Of a stretch of 64,000 nt of DNA, positions 26,779 through 39,144 are shown one piece after another (the first letter of the stretch is position 1; each line of letters starts with the position of its first letter). Source of the DNA: Phoronis australis (lineage: Eukaryota > Animalia > Phoronida); contig NMRA01000067.1 in assembly GCA_002633005.1 (NCBI GenBank), forward strand, positions 991,747-1,055,746. Direction: 5' to 3'. The translations under genes and the position numbers were made by a program. A model generated the notes under the pieces. It searched no databases, was not told the origin of the DNA, and was given only the letters and a program-made list of their open reading frames with translations.

Positions 26779-28106
26779 AAAGTGTGCAGGCTTGTACAAT
26801 ATTTTTCAAGCTGAGTCAATTATGTACAAGCTTTTTTGATTGGACACCCTTATTTAAGATTCCACCCTAAGTTCGACGACGTCGCATAACCTAGGTAGCA
26901 CCATATTTCCGTTTTAGTGGCTTTGAGCATACCGCACAAGCTACATTGTCATGAATGAGCAAGACATTCTGGGATGGGTTCATTTTGTTAATCATTTGAT
27001 AAGGAATGGCGCTTTGATTTGAGATGTAATATCATAAAGAAAGCCGGCTTGAATTATGTTACCAACCATCAACCTTATTCAAGCTTTGGTTACCAGGAGA
27101 CGAGGTTTCCCATGCTTGGAATGCAATGTTGACAAATGGTGACTGGCACAACAAACGTCAAGATTTTTTAACAAGCCTGGTTTACCTTAGTCACCAGTAG
27201 TCATTTTCAAGCCAACCAAGCATTTTATGTTTAGTACTGCAGCAAGGACATTAGACAAAGAATATTATAAAAGGTGACGTTCCATTAACCTTGGTTGGGT
27301 CAAATTTAGCTATCAGTAATCGGCATATGCAACAAGCAATTGTTAAACATTAAACACAAAATTTTGAATTAAGATACCCTGTTATGTGCTTTTAATTAAA
27401 ATTGAAAAGATTTTTTTTTCTCTGAATCACATTGTTGTGGCATGGCAAAATATAAATTTTGAAAGTGTGATGAAAATGGTTGACTGTTTATTTGTATTCA
27501 CCTTCTTTGATGCGTAGAGGTCGTTGTACGTCACGACTAATTCGATTTTAGGTAATTTAAAGCTACTATATAATGTTTAAGACCTCCTACCAGGCTCCTT
27601 GGTCTATTGTAAGATCTTTTCCTGCATTGGGATGACACTTGTAAAGCAGGGTCTTGTTTTTGTGCTCATGGTAGTTGGAGACCTTGACCTTGATGTTTGG
27701 TCATGTGTAGTGAGTCTGAAACCAGTGATTATGGTTGAAAAGCATGCGGTTTCACAACGCAATTTGCTTCAATCATCAGACAGACGTACGAGCATGAAGT
27801 TCATTTCACTTTACTGGCCAGCATTAGCTGTAGATGATATTGCCTTGTTTAATTCAGATTCACTGGATACTAGTAGTGTGTTAAAATGGTCTTAACAAAT
27901 AATGACCACCATTATTGCTTGTGTGTTCTTTGGCAACTATCGAAACCGTATCGTCAATTTTTTGTGAATCCACCGTTACTCATATTCTGAAATGTTTTGA
28001 TGAAACAATGCTGCGTTGTTCAAGATGGTGGGTTGGGGTGCTAATATTGTGTTTCTACTTGTTGATATATCAGTGTTTAAGAGCATGTTATTGACCCAAC
28101 CAACAG

Positions 28107-28208
28107 CCAGACCACTGAACATATCGGTAACTTTGGGGAGACCCCAGGCACCCAGGCCATCTTCAAGACATATGCTATGAAGAAAGGCTCCGACATGCCG
28201 TTGTTAAG
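28107..28208 (+). CDS. Candidate 102-nt cassette exon 10b (QTTEHIGNFGETPGTQAIFKTYAMKKGSDMPLL)
   Basis: Open, symmetric phase 2-2 segment between caacag and AG|GTTGTC; both splice sites are weak. Confidence 0.35.
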
Positions 28209-28368
28209 GTTGTCTTGAACGTTTGCCCTTTGAAGGTTAAGTTCTCCTGTGTCATCCTATTTTTGCCGGTGAAGCGTGTTTTATGGTCTGAGCTTAAAAG
28301 TTCCATCATGGTTCCTTCGCTCTGTGTTGTTCATGTTACCGTGCCAACCTGTGTCATTATGCTTTCAG

Positions 28369-28930
28369 GTCATCTGGTCAGTCGTTCCACTTTGATGACT
28401 TGAAGTCCATCAACGATGATGAAGATGATGGAATAGACTATGACGATGACGTTATTGATAAAGAAGTCTCAGAAATTTATAATAATAATAACAATAATAC
28501 TGACGTGGGAGACAGTGCAAAGCTGGGAGGAGTTCGTAGTGGTGAGGGAAACAATAATGTAAAAATAACAAATATGCATACATTACCGAAACCATGTGAG
28601 AATGAACGTTTAAGTCATCATCGGACAGACACTAGTGAGTTAGGTCAAGATGGTGCTTGTACTCCATCTGCAGACACTAGTGGTAATAGTGGTGTGAGGC
28701 ATGATGAAACACAGTGTAGTCCTAGCAACCGCAGGAGACAAGAGTTTGTGAAACAGTCCAAAATGGCGGTGACAATGAATAAGGATTCTAATGTGGAGTG
28801 TAAGTCTGCAGGTGGTCAACAGGTGTCTCCGGATGCTGGTGTATTTGTGTCAGTTTCCTTAGACAGTCAGGACAGGCAGTCCCCTATAGGGGCACACAAC
28901 ACTGCAGGCTCAGGGGTCCTGGATAACCAG
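28369..28930 (+). CDS. CRACR2A: CRACR2A-like exon 11: long acidic/Asn/Ser-rich linker
   Basis: ctttcag acceptor; 187 open codons (includes ORF 28400); CAG|GTAGGT donor; phase 2 to 0. Confidence 0.82.
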
Positions 28931-28991
28931 GTAGGTTTTGTCAGCTTTTACAATGTATTATGCATGGTTATAAAACTCCTCTGAAAGGATT

Positions 28992-29137
28992 TCAAGCATT
29001 TTTAGGTCTGGTCAACATGCCAACTGTTGGTCATACCACGTGACCTAATTAATATAAGTCCGAAAAGATTTCTCGTATTTATTAGGTTGTGTGATGTGGT
29101 CAACAGGTGGTGTGCTGACCAAACTTAAAAATGTTTG
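28992..29137. repeat. Degenerate foldback (MITE-like palindrome)
   Basis: The left arm caagcatttttaggtctggtcaacatgcc... matches the reverse complement of ...ggtgtgctgaccaaacttaaaaatgtttg. Confidence 0.7.
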
Positions 29138-29586
29138 CGATATTTATTTCACGCTTGTTTGAGATTTACATTTATATGTCCTCTCAACTAAAACTATTGC
29201 GCAAACAACCTCATCTTGGTCAAGGTCGTTAAAACAATTCTATCCTGTGATCATAGAATGGCATTGAATCTTCCATGGGTACTCAAGCATTGTGTTCCCA
29301 CATAAAAGATAGCATCGGTTTGTTCCGTACTCATGACCTTAACCTTTGTCTGTAGTGAATAATCGTCAAAAGTACTGTCGCTTTTTTATCACCCTATTGA
29401 AGTCTCCCACTCAATTTGAAAACCGGTTGATGATGGTATTTTTCCGAAGATTAAAATCATATTTGGGCATTACAGACAAGGGGGACATGTTGCTCGGTCA
29501 CACCAGGTGGCGCTGTAGGAATTGCTACAATGCTACTTTTGTTCAAGGAATGAATCCTGGTTAAACTTTTATGCATGGAATTGCAG

Positions 29587-29707
29587 GCTGCCGGTCCTAG
29601 CCGTGTGTTCAAAATTGTGTTTGTTGGTGACTCTGGAGTAGGCAAGAGCAGCTTTATCCACAGATTCTGTGAGAACGCATTCACTGGACAGTTCTGTGCT
29701 ACAATAG
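29587..29707 (+). CDS. CRACR2A: CRACR2A-like exon 12: Rab G1/G2
   Basis: RVFKIVFVGDSGVGKSSFIHRF...CATI; phase 0 to 1. Confidence 0.95.
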
Positions 29708-30105
29708 GTAGGCTCACATCTTCTCATGCAGTGCTTGTCTTAGATAGGAACCTCTACTGTCCATACATTCACCTATAACCTGGCTTCTGTTAAAGAAACT
29801 TTCGATTGAGATCATCTTCACCTGTAAACTATAGTCTCCACTTTGTGAAATGAAAAGTTATTTCTGGGCCTAGGAAGAACCAGTAGTTTGTCGTCAATTG
29901 AGACCCTGCTCTGAATCTGACATGACTCATCATGACAAGCCAACCAATTGAGCCTCGTCTCAAATAAGAACAAAATTTCAGTTCTTCCAAGCTGTGTCAT
30001 TTCCTGTGATCTGGGAACGGCACAATGTAGGCGAGACCAATTTCATAACAGTAAGGTCTCTAGATTGAATTTGTTCAGTAGTTATGCTTTACTACTCCGA
30101 TGCAG

Positions 30106-30187
30106 GTGTGGATTTTCAAGTTAAATCTATTGTTGTTGGCGACCAAGTGGTGGCGCTGCAGTTGTGGGACACAGCTGGCCAAGAGAG
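30106..30187 (+). CDS. CRACR2A: CRACR2A-like exon 13: Rab switch I/G3
   Basis: GVDFQVKSIVVGDQVVALQLWDTAGQER; phase 1 to 2. Confidence 0.95.
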
Positions 30188-30784
30188 GTCAGTAGTTGTT
30201 TTGCAGATTGACTAAGATATTTCTCAGTGTGGTATGGAAGGTTTTTTAAATTTATGTAGGACAAGTCTGTGTATTGGGCCAAACACTTGTAAAACTAAAG
30301 ATTTGAACTCAGTAAAGTTAGTGCATGTTTTCTGAATTAGAATTCTGTTTTTGACTTAATTCCAATCTGTTATTACTAGTGTCATGTGGCAATGATTGAC
30401 GTTAAATGTTCAATGTGACATCTCAAAATGCTGATACAGTTTTATAAATTATCGTTTCGTGTTTGTTTTATGCAACTATTGAGTTATCTTACAAAAACCA
30501 TTATTCTTATTTTTGATAGCCCTCATTCAAAATTGGAACATTTTGAAAATTCCTAACAGCTTTTTGGAGATCAATGCATCATGCTGTTTCTAAAATATGA
30601 TGTTCTGAAGTTAGCCAAATATGGGCATTTTTCTAGGTTCCTGAATAACATTAGTTACCTGTAATTGGTAATGTAGGGCTGCAGAATTATTTATATGTCA
30701 ATATTTTGCGAATTTTTCCAAGTCATCAATGTAAATTTTTAAATTGCATGTTATTGTGGAATGTCCACTCCTGTTTTGTTCTAG

Positions 30785-31010
30785 GTATCGCAGTATAACT
30801 AAGCAGTACTTTCGCAAGTCTGACGGGGTCATTGTCATGTATGATGTCACATCTGAATCATCGTTCCGTAACGTTCGTCAGTGGATGGTCAGTATTGAGG
30901 AAGAGTCCGAAGATGAGACTGTGATTATGTTGCTAGGCAACAAAACTGACCTCACTGAGGACGACTCACACCGTCCTGTTCAATATAAAGATGGGGTACA
31001 ATTGGCTGAT
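30785..31010 (+). CDS. CRACR2A: CRACR2A-like exon 14: Rab switch II/G4
   Basis: YRSITKQYFRKSDGVIVMYDVT...LLGNKTDL...GVQLAD; gtgagt donor; phase 2 to 0. Confidence 0.95.
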
Positions 31011-33845
31011 GTGAGTTTAGCTGTCACTTTCTCTTGTTTGTCTGATCATTCATTGTTTGTCACTTGACAAGTTCACTGTAATCAGGCCGTATTCAAGTGT
31101 TATGGAAAAGACTGTAGCTATTGTTGATTTTCACACGAGCCCAACGACTGTGGCTTCCAATTTTGTTTTTTGCATCCAAGGCTGTATCTCAATCGTTTGT
31201 AGGATTTTTATGAAATTTGGAAAGTATTTTCCTCTGAATGATGTGGCAGTGGGTTACGACTTTTAGATGCATGTGACTACGACATTGTGGCAGTTTTATG
31301 CGTATATCTGTATCTTCAGCGTTCCTCCGATTGATTTTCATGAAATTTGACAAAGAGCAGACCTGTGTACGGAAATCAAGCCTTCAGTACGCAAGTACGC
31401 ACGGCCAGGCAAAAATATGCAAATTCAAAACAGAGTCATTAATTGGCTTGTTTCTCACTAAATATGCCAATTTGTAGTCAGAATGGAAGAGGAATAAGAT
31501 TTTAATACTGTTAGAAATTAAAAAAGAATATTGCAAAATGATTATTTTAGCCAAAAAATTTGAGCTACGAACTCGGAAAACTCGCTTCGTTTCATTCTCG
31601 AAATAGCCAGATAATCGGCGAATCACGAGGCCTCTTCTATCGGTATGTGTGTCACAGGCCTAACCTATAAGCAACGACTTCTGTGATTTGTGGATTGCTT
31701 ACTTCGTCTCATTCCGACTATATACAGCTAAATACGTACTGTTGACAAAATGGCAAAGCATGAGTGGCCTTGCTGCATATTCTGAACTAAGAAGCTTCTG
31801 AAAGAAGGGAACATATGTTGTTGGCACGTTATTCCAAAGAATGACAATGTCTTATGGAAGGGACCATGGAATTTATACTGCAAGTTTTATATAGCGTGTT
31901 GTTTTTTGCGGACATGGTGACTGCATTGACTTCGTAGCATGTTGAGCTGACGGACACTCGAGGTTTTTTCACAGGCGGTACGGTGGTACATGTTCACAGA
32001 CACTTGCAATGAATAACTATTCCAATTTTTTGTGAATGGTTAAGAAAATGTCATCTGGTGCAAAACATTGTCCAGTGCAGATTCATAAACACCTTTTTGC
32101 TGATATGTTTTTGGGTTAAGAAACGAGTACAACAGTTTATATTTTACCACTGCGGCATGTATTAACATAACTATTTAAGCTCAGTATGGAAGTTTGCTAT
32201 TGATTAACTGGATCTATTCACTATGCGTGTTGTCCCTAAATGAAACACCTTAGTTTATTCTGAAATAATGTATTTTAAAAACTTTCAGAGGAAAGTAACT
32301 AGGAAAAGTAGCCATGCGTGCACCAGGGGGCAAAAGGGTCCGCCTCAGAGAAACAAAAAGTCCTAGAAAGCGAGACAAAAGTCCACTAAAAAGGCAGGAA
32401 TTCTTCTTTAGTAAAAGGTCCACATCTTCAAAAATTCGATCCCCCCTACATTTTAGGTTGGGTTTGCTGGAAGTTCGAATTTTCGATAATTAGTCTGTAC
32501 ACAAAAATGTGCAAATTTACTCGATAATCTGCAAATCTGGTGTTCAAAGTACTCCAATGCAGTTTTGGTGGTACATAGGTATGAAATAGGCCTCCATTAA
32601 AAAGGACGATGTCTTGTTTTTGAGCAGATTTGACGTATTCTGTGCTACCTAGTGGCCATTTTTATTGTTCACCAATCTGTTTTTGATGTTGTCATCTCTA
32701 CTGAACAAACTGTTCCTCGTAAGATTTTTGTGAAATTTGCAAACGTGTTTCCTTGAATGTGACCATAGATTACAGCAACATTCAGGCACATCTGAATTCC
32801 ACTGTGCCCCCTAGTGGCAATTTATGTTTGTGTTCACATTTCTTGGCTGAATATTAAGTAGATGACATTGCGTCATGTAGTTTTTGGCTTCAGCCTCTCT
32901 ATACACCAAACTGCTCAAACGATCATTTAGAAAGTGGGCAGATGTTCTACTGACAACAGCAAGACGGTTGACTTTCAGAGAAATTGGACTTAACTTTCAA
33001 CTGCTGATTTGTTTGCGTGCTCTAACCCGCTTACTACCCCAGCATTGTGTACCAACACTATGGGCTTCTTTGTCACGTTAAGTCTAACATGATCCTAGAT
33101 CAGATTGTGATGTTGGAAATTTCTTGGTTTTAACAGTCCAGGGGTGTGGTAGGTCTCAGCCCACTCGCCAAGAGCGAATTTCAATGTGAAAAGCTTTAAT
33201 ACTTTGGATGACAGAAACTCAGGGTGTTTCATGGCACCTATGTAGTTCATTAATACATTATCACATGGACCGTACAATGGGCATTCAGGTGCCATGAGCC
33301 CTTGTTAATCATTAATCGAACACTGATCCATGTTCCTTTTGTGTGGAGCAGAGCAATTGCAGCATTACAAATGACTTCACAGCAATAAAACACTGTCTGA
33401 AATGACTCTTTGAAGGGTGGTAGATAATTGGCGTACTGCTGTGTGGAGCCAGATGAAAGACTTAATGGACTACATGTAGATTGATATATGGATTTGGAAA
33501 TAGCTGTAGTCTAGAGTTAACAATAAACAAGATAGATGTTTTGGAATGACAGAGTGTTATTGATGAAGATTGAAAGACTGCTGAGTATGGCTGTCAGTTG
33601 AATAAAGAATTGACAGGTGACTTGCAGGAACACTAGGGGGAGTTGATGTTTGATGCAATTAACATCTCCAATTATTTATTAAATCCTTTTTTGTTTATCA
33701 AGCTCACTGCATTATCATATTTGTTTTTTATTTTATTATTTGAATGAGTGATTTTGCTCCAACGGTCTTTATATTTTTCTGTTCTATTATTTCCTAGTCT
33801 ACATTAAGCGTTTTTCTAAGGTTTGGTAACACTTGATATTTCCAG

Positions 33846-33922
33846 AGTTACGGGTGTCTCTTCTTTGAGACTAGTGCCAAGCAAGGGAAAAATGTACAGG
33901 AATGCATGGTAGCCCTGGCCAG
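33846..33922 (+). CDS. CRACR2A: CRACR2A-like exon 15: Rab G5
   Basis: SYGCLFFETSAKQGKNVQECMVALA; phase 0 to 2. Confidence 0.93.
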
Positions 33923-34153
33923 GTATGACATTTTATCTCATTTTGACTTGGTTGCTTTATCTTTTCATTGAATTTCATCACAGTGCATTAATTGGTCATT
34001 AATAGAAATTCAAAAAATAAAATTTCTGCTTCTACCCTGTATTTTAATTATTTTGCATGTCACTATCAGACTCTAGTGTCGTTCCTTATCTCCATATTTT
34101 TCCTTATTCAGAATTAGATCACTGCATAAACTGATATTGTATTCTTGCATTCT

Positions 34154-34403
34154 GGGGTTGGCTATTCACTGATCCACAGGGGGTAATAAAATCATTATCT
34201 TCTCAGCCAGGACCATAAACCCTTTGTTAAGCTGTGTTTAGATATGCAGTCCAACTGGGACAGTTCTGTGACTATGAGCATGGTTCACAAAAAAACTGCA
34301 TGTCAATTTCTAAAGGCCTAATGTGTGTGAATGACACCTATGACTTACAACCATCAGTGACATTTTTAAGCCACTATGGGAACTAGTTACCCCCTGTAAG
34401 CCC
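34154..34403. mobile_element. Intronic MITE-like repeat family, copy 3 of 3
   Basis: Same core as 13215-13477. Confidence 0.7.
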
Positions 34404-34491
34404 AAAAGGGTTTACAATCATGTAGCTTGTCTTATTAATCAATATTGAGTTGAGCATGAAATTCATGACCCTGTACATGGATCTTTTACAG

Positions 34492-34576
34492 TCTTTTGGA
34501 AGATAACGAAGACAAACAGATGGAAGCAGCAGTTAAACTTCAGAAAACGGGAAAGAAAGCTAAGTGCTGTAAATGA
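34492..34576 (+). CDS. CRACR2A: CRACR2A-like exon 16: basic tail and CCK prenylation motif, stop
   Basis: LLEDNEDKQMEAAVKLQKTGKKAKCCK-TGA. Confidence 0.92.
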
Positions 34577-37500
34577 GGACTCTGCACACTCTTGGAGTCG
34601 TTACTCATGCACCCTTTCGCCCTGTCGAATGACGTGGGGTCACCATGTGACCGAGATGTGTGTCTGTACTTAAGGCAGTGCTCCATGAGTCATGGGGCTT
34701 GTGGGAATGAGTGACACCTATTGGTCTGTGAAGTAACTTGAGTGACGTCGGTTGGTACTTGGTGCAGTAGCTATAGTGTAAATGAAAGTAATGTTCAGAA
34801 CTTAAATCGTGCTTGTCGCTGCAGTATTAGCACGTAAAGTGCAATACAAAAGTGATAAGATAAAGTACCATTAACAGCAAAAATGACTAGTAATGGTTGC
34901 AAAATGGTTGCAAAATTCTAATGGCTTGTCCCCTTTCTTGTTAATTTCCCTTCATTCTTGGTCATGAGAGAAAACTAGTCTGACGTTGGAGTCAGCCTCC
35001 ACCCACTCGTCGTGTTAGAGAATTCCAGGTCATTTTGTCTGAATAGTTTGGCTTGTACTGTAATTGGAACAGTAGAGGTGTTACAGTCAACGTCAGTTAC
35101 TGGCATGAAGTTTTGTTAAAGTTGTGGATCCAGATCTGTGGTTCACGTTGGACAAGTGTGAGGAGTACTTTAGACTTCTCAATGGTTACAGCAGTGCAAA
35201 TGTGAGCTGGTGCTGTGTATCTTTCTACTTCTGTTTTGCTCTGGAATATGGCAAGTGTATTCATAAAATGGCACTTGTCTGTGAACCAGCACCCTCTGGT
35301 GTTAAGGGTGTGCAGCTGGGCTGGGGATTCATACGGATCTCATAGAAACGCCTTGTAAAAGTTTTGCTAGATAAAATTGCATTATGATTAAATATTTCCA
35401 CAATTATTGATAGAGAATGCAAGGCCTCGTAGTTTTGGAGATTTTTTTGTATCTGATCAAAGATCATGGTTTCGTTTGATGCATATCAATATGAATTCAA
35501 CTTAATTTCAGCCAAAGTTTGGTCTAGCAACTTCAATAGTTCATTAGTTTCAGTAAGTCAATACCATTTCTGGAACTAAAAGCAATCTAGTGTATTCAAG
35601 CACTGGAGGCTTTATTTCCATCTATCGAGTTGTATAATGTATGAGCAAAGCCTTTGTGAGCAACACTTAAAGCAAATCCTTCCTCTTCTAATCAATACAA
35701 ACCTGTATCAGTTTAAACTTATTCTCAAATGATGCTCTTTCAACATTTGTATTCAAATGTTTTTAAAATAATCACAATTCTATTAAATTTTCAAAATATT
35801 TTTTATATTTCTGGTGGTGTTCCAACACGATGAAAGGCATTGAGTTTTGCATTTCAGGAGTCTCCATCCAAAAATCAAGTTCATATTAAGGAAAGTAATG
35901 TTCATTTTTGTTGATGTCTGCCAATTATTGACACTCCGTCTGTGTTCTAAACCAATGAAAATAATGCGGAGAGTTTCTTTAAAGCACACAGAAAATCAGT
36001 CAACAGACTTCCCTGGTTAACATCCTTTGATTTTATGTAAGTTCACCTTTGTGAGCTTTTGTGTCAATCTAATATGATTGCATAGCCTGGTTGTTTGTGC
36101 AATGTTCCCTGATTGTCTGTGGCAATAGTTCTCTTATTCAACTGTCTCATGTAGTTATAGATCATGCAGTGTGTTGATATTACAATTTAGTTTGTAAGCC
36201 CTTGTCAGGCGCAGGTCAATGTCTTATGGTTCTGCTAATAATACACCTGACTTTGTCTATGATTTCATTGGTTGTTTACATACTACGATTCAATGTAGCT
36301 GATTGTGATCTCCCTTTTCTAAGTGAGCATGGTTTGCATAGGTTTATGGGTGGTCTTGTAATGCAGTATGTTTGTATCGAAACTGGCTGTTATCTAAGTT
36401 TATATTTGTTTAATATTATGTTCACTCAAATATTGATTTTTTAGAAATTTAGTTTTGGTTTACGTACTAGGTATTCCCATGTCTTATGTATGAGTTACGA
36501 GATTGGTTTATTGCTATTTTTGTTAAAGGAAAATTCCAGAATTTTTATGTTATTAAAAATCATTCATTATGTAACCAGCTAACATTTTTACAGAAAGGTC
36601 AAACAGTGGAAAACCACCCGAAGTTTGGGTCACAATAATTCATGTCTATTCTTTCCAGTGTCTGCCTGTGGTAAACCCTCCATCTTGGTGTAGATTGTTT
36701 TAAAGTTGCGGAAAACCAAATGAAGGGATAATTTAAAAACTAACAGCATTTTCGAGATTTTATCTTGAAAACTTACATCATACCAAATGTGAATATGTTA
36801 TTAATCCTGCAGTTATGCTATAAATGTACCTTAAGTTTCTATTTTTCTAAATTTTCCTAAAAAAGCAAAGTCACTGACATAATTAGGGGCAGGTTGGTGT
36901 AAAGTCAAAATCAACTTCTACAGAATTTCTTCTTAAAGGAAACATTTTCTTTTGCTCAGTTCAATTCTACAGTTTTGTAAATATTTGGCTAAATATACAA
37001 ATTTGCAGATAATTTCCTTCATAATCTTAATGACAATGCAGTAAGGCAGAGGTTCTTCAGTGCATTGTTCATGGAAATTGAAGACATTGTTTTCCTATAG
37101 AAGTGTGGACCCATGAGGTCTTCAGAATAGGCCAAATATCCTGTAAACACAAGGATTAAGCAGAATTTGGAAAAATATAGCAACAGAGTTACATACAAAG
37201 TATACTGGGTGATTATCCCGTTAATGTGTTTGGATTTCCGAGTCTGATTGACCCTAATTAGGACTGGATTCTGACTACTGGGTATACAGTAAGTTTCGCC
37301 TATTTGGTGCTCAATATGGTCAACCATTGAAATTTTATTTTACTAAATGTCTCCACAGAAATAAAGATTACGAATGTGGTTGATCTCAAGCGTGCGTTGT
37401 ATGGTGTAGATGTCTTAAAACAACCTTAAACGTTTGGTGATGTTCCCCTTAGTTGGGTAATCAGCCTGCTTTGAAATATGGAAAAGTGTCGAGATATGTG

Positions 37501-38750
37501 GAGAATTACCGTAATACCAAAAAGTAGTCCAGGACTCTCTAGAAAATGATAACCAAAAAATTTTACGAACAAAAGTGACAAATTGCGAACTTTGCGACAA
37601 AAAGACTTTACTGTAGGCCGGCACAGCTAGTAATGGGCATAAATTATTGTGATATTGACTTACGGTATCGAATCCGCAAATATTGAATTATGGATTTTCC
37701 CCCGAGGTGATATGTCCTTGGACTTCCCTTTAGTAATCTGTTATTTTGTGCCTCTTAAAGTGGCGTTATCGGTGAGAAACAACGTGGATCTAAAACTAAA
37801 CAAAATCAGCGGCCACCGGTCCCCGGCCAACACTTTACTGGGAGAGCGAAACTCACTGGATAAATTGTAGTGTATGTTAAGTGTTTTGACCAACTGTCAT
37901 TTTCCTTGAGTTTCAGTGATTAGCGGGTAGACAATGGCGTTAAGTGGCGATTTGTAATAAAGTCAGAAAACACGATTGTTGTTGCTTTATAGTTCTGATC
38001 AAAGCTAATATCTTCAAGAAGCGTTTCCCATATAATAATAATATTAATCAAAGAGCGTTTTTCGCCATATAATTAATTGTGTGCTACTTTCTGATAGTTT
38101 TCAATGCTCGCACTCCGCATGCCGTATCTTTTTACGATTACAGTAGGTGCACGTAGTTACGCCCAGGGGTCTTTAGTTAGCTGCGCCGTTATATGAAATT
38201 AGGCACATGGGCTTACAAGTGTGAAACACTTGAGTAAAACCCAGGAGCAACTTGTTTATTTATTATGTGAGTGAAACTTGCCTTATTTGTTGCAAAATGT
38301 TAGGTGAAGACTTGCTATTAAAAGTCATGCGCCTGATGTGTTGACATGTAAAACACTCTTGCACAAATAATTTTCTTCACGAAAGCGCATTATTTCGGAT
38401 TAAGATACATGGGTCGAAATATGCATTAATTCCTTGTATTGGGCCTACTGGGTCATGTTCTTGTCTCTGGGTGTAAGTACTCCCCGTTTTCCCTCGGTGA
38501 CATGGGCTTTACTTGATATTAAAGATACAGACTGTTTTTATTTTTTCAACTCTAGAATACAGGATAAGTTCCACCAATTGAAGCATGTTACTAAAACGGG
38601 AGCATTTTGTAAATTGCCGCACTCGGCGTTTAAAGTTAAATTTTGACTGTGATTTTGTACTCAGAAAATGACATTCCCACGTGTTGGTCATTTTAAAAAA
38701 GGTTGACGTCATGCTGAAAGATTAACATTTGAAAAATAAGTTATAATTAA

Positions 38751-39144
38751 CAAGGTACCTAAACTACACGGTCAACGGACTCATAAACACGGGCATGGAC
38801 GTATGAACACGACTCACGGACCTGCAAACACCGTCCACGGACTCACAAAACACGATCCTAATAAACGGGACACGGACTCGTATTCACGAGGAAACACAGT
38901 TAACGGACCGCCAAACACGGGTCACGGACCCATCGGCTTCCTGGGTCAGCTGACATCTTCATTTTCTGTCCGTAAACCGTGTTTCCTCGTGAAAATGAGT
39001 CAATGTCTCGTGTATTTGGGTGCGTGGATTGTGTTTTGTGAGTGCGTTCCCGTGTTTGTGAGTCAGTGGACGGTGTTTGCAGGTCGGTGAGTCGTGTTCA
39101 TGCGTCCGTGCCCGTGTTTATGAGACCGTAGTTTAGGTACCTTG
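38751..39144. mobile_element. Foldback MITE with long inverted arms and internal cacgga repeats
   Basis: Termini CAAGGTACCTAAACTAC / GTAGTTTAGGTACCTTG; the arms pair imperfectly for 90 bp or more. Confidence 0.85.

Larger units (their letters stand above)
8228..34576 (+). other. CRACR2A: Gene model: large Rab GTPase (EF-hand + coiled-coil + Rab), CRACR2A/EFCAB4B (Rab46)/Rab44-like, 16 coding exons, 2289 nt, about 762 aa
   Basis: Sixteen GT-AG exons join in phase from ATG 8228 to TGA 34576. Motifs seen: two EF-hand loops, LYEEMENQI and LRDMNKKLRDEQD coiled-coil segments, Rab G1-G5 boxes, terminal CCK. RVFKIVFVG and YRSITKQYFRKSDGVIVMYD look closer to CRACR2A than to RASEF (recalled, not aligned). 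Confidence 0.9.
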
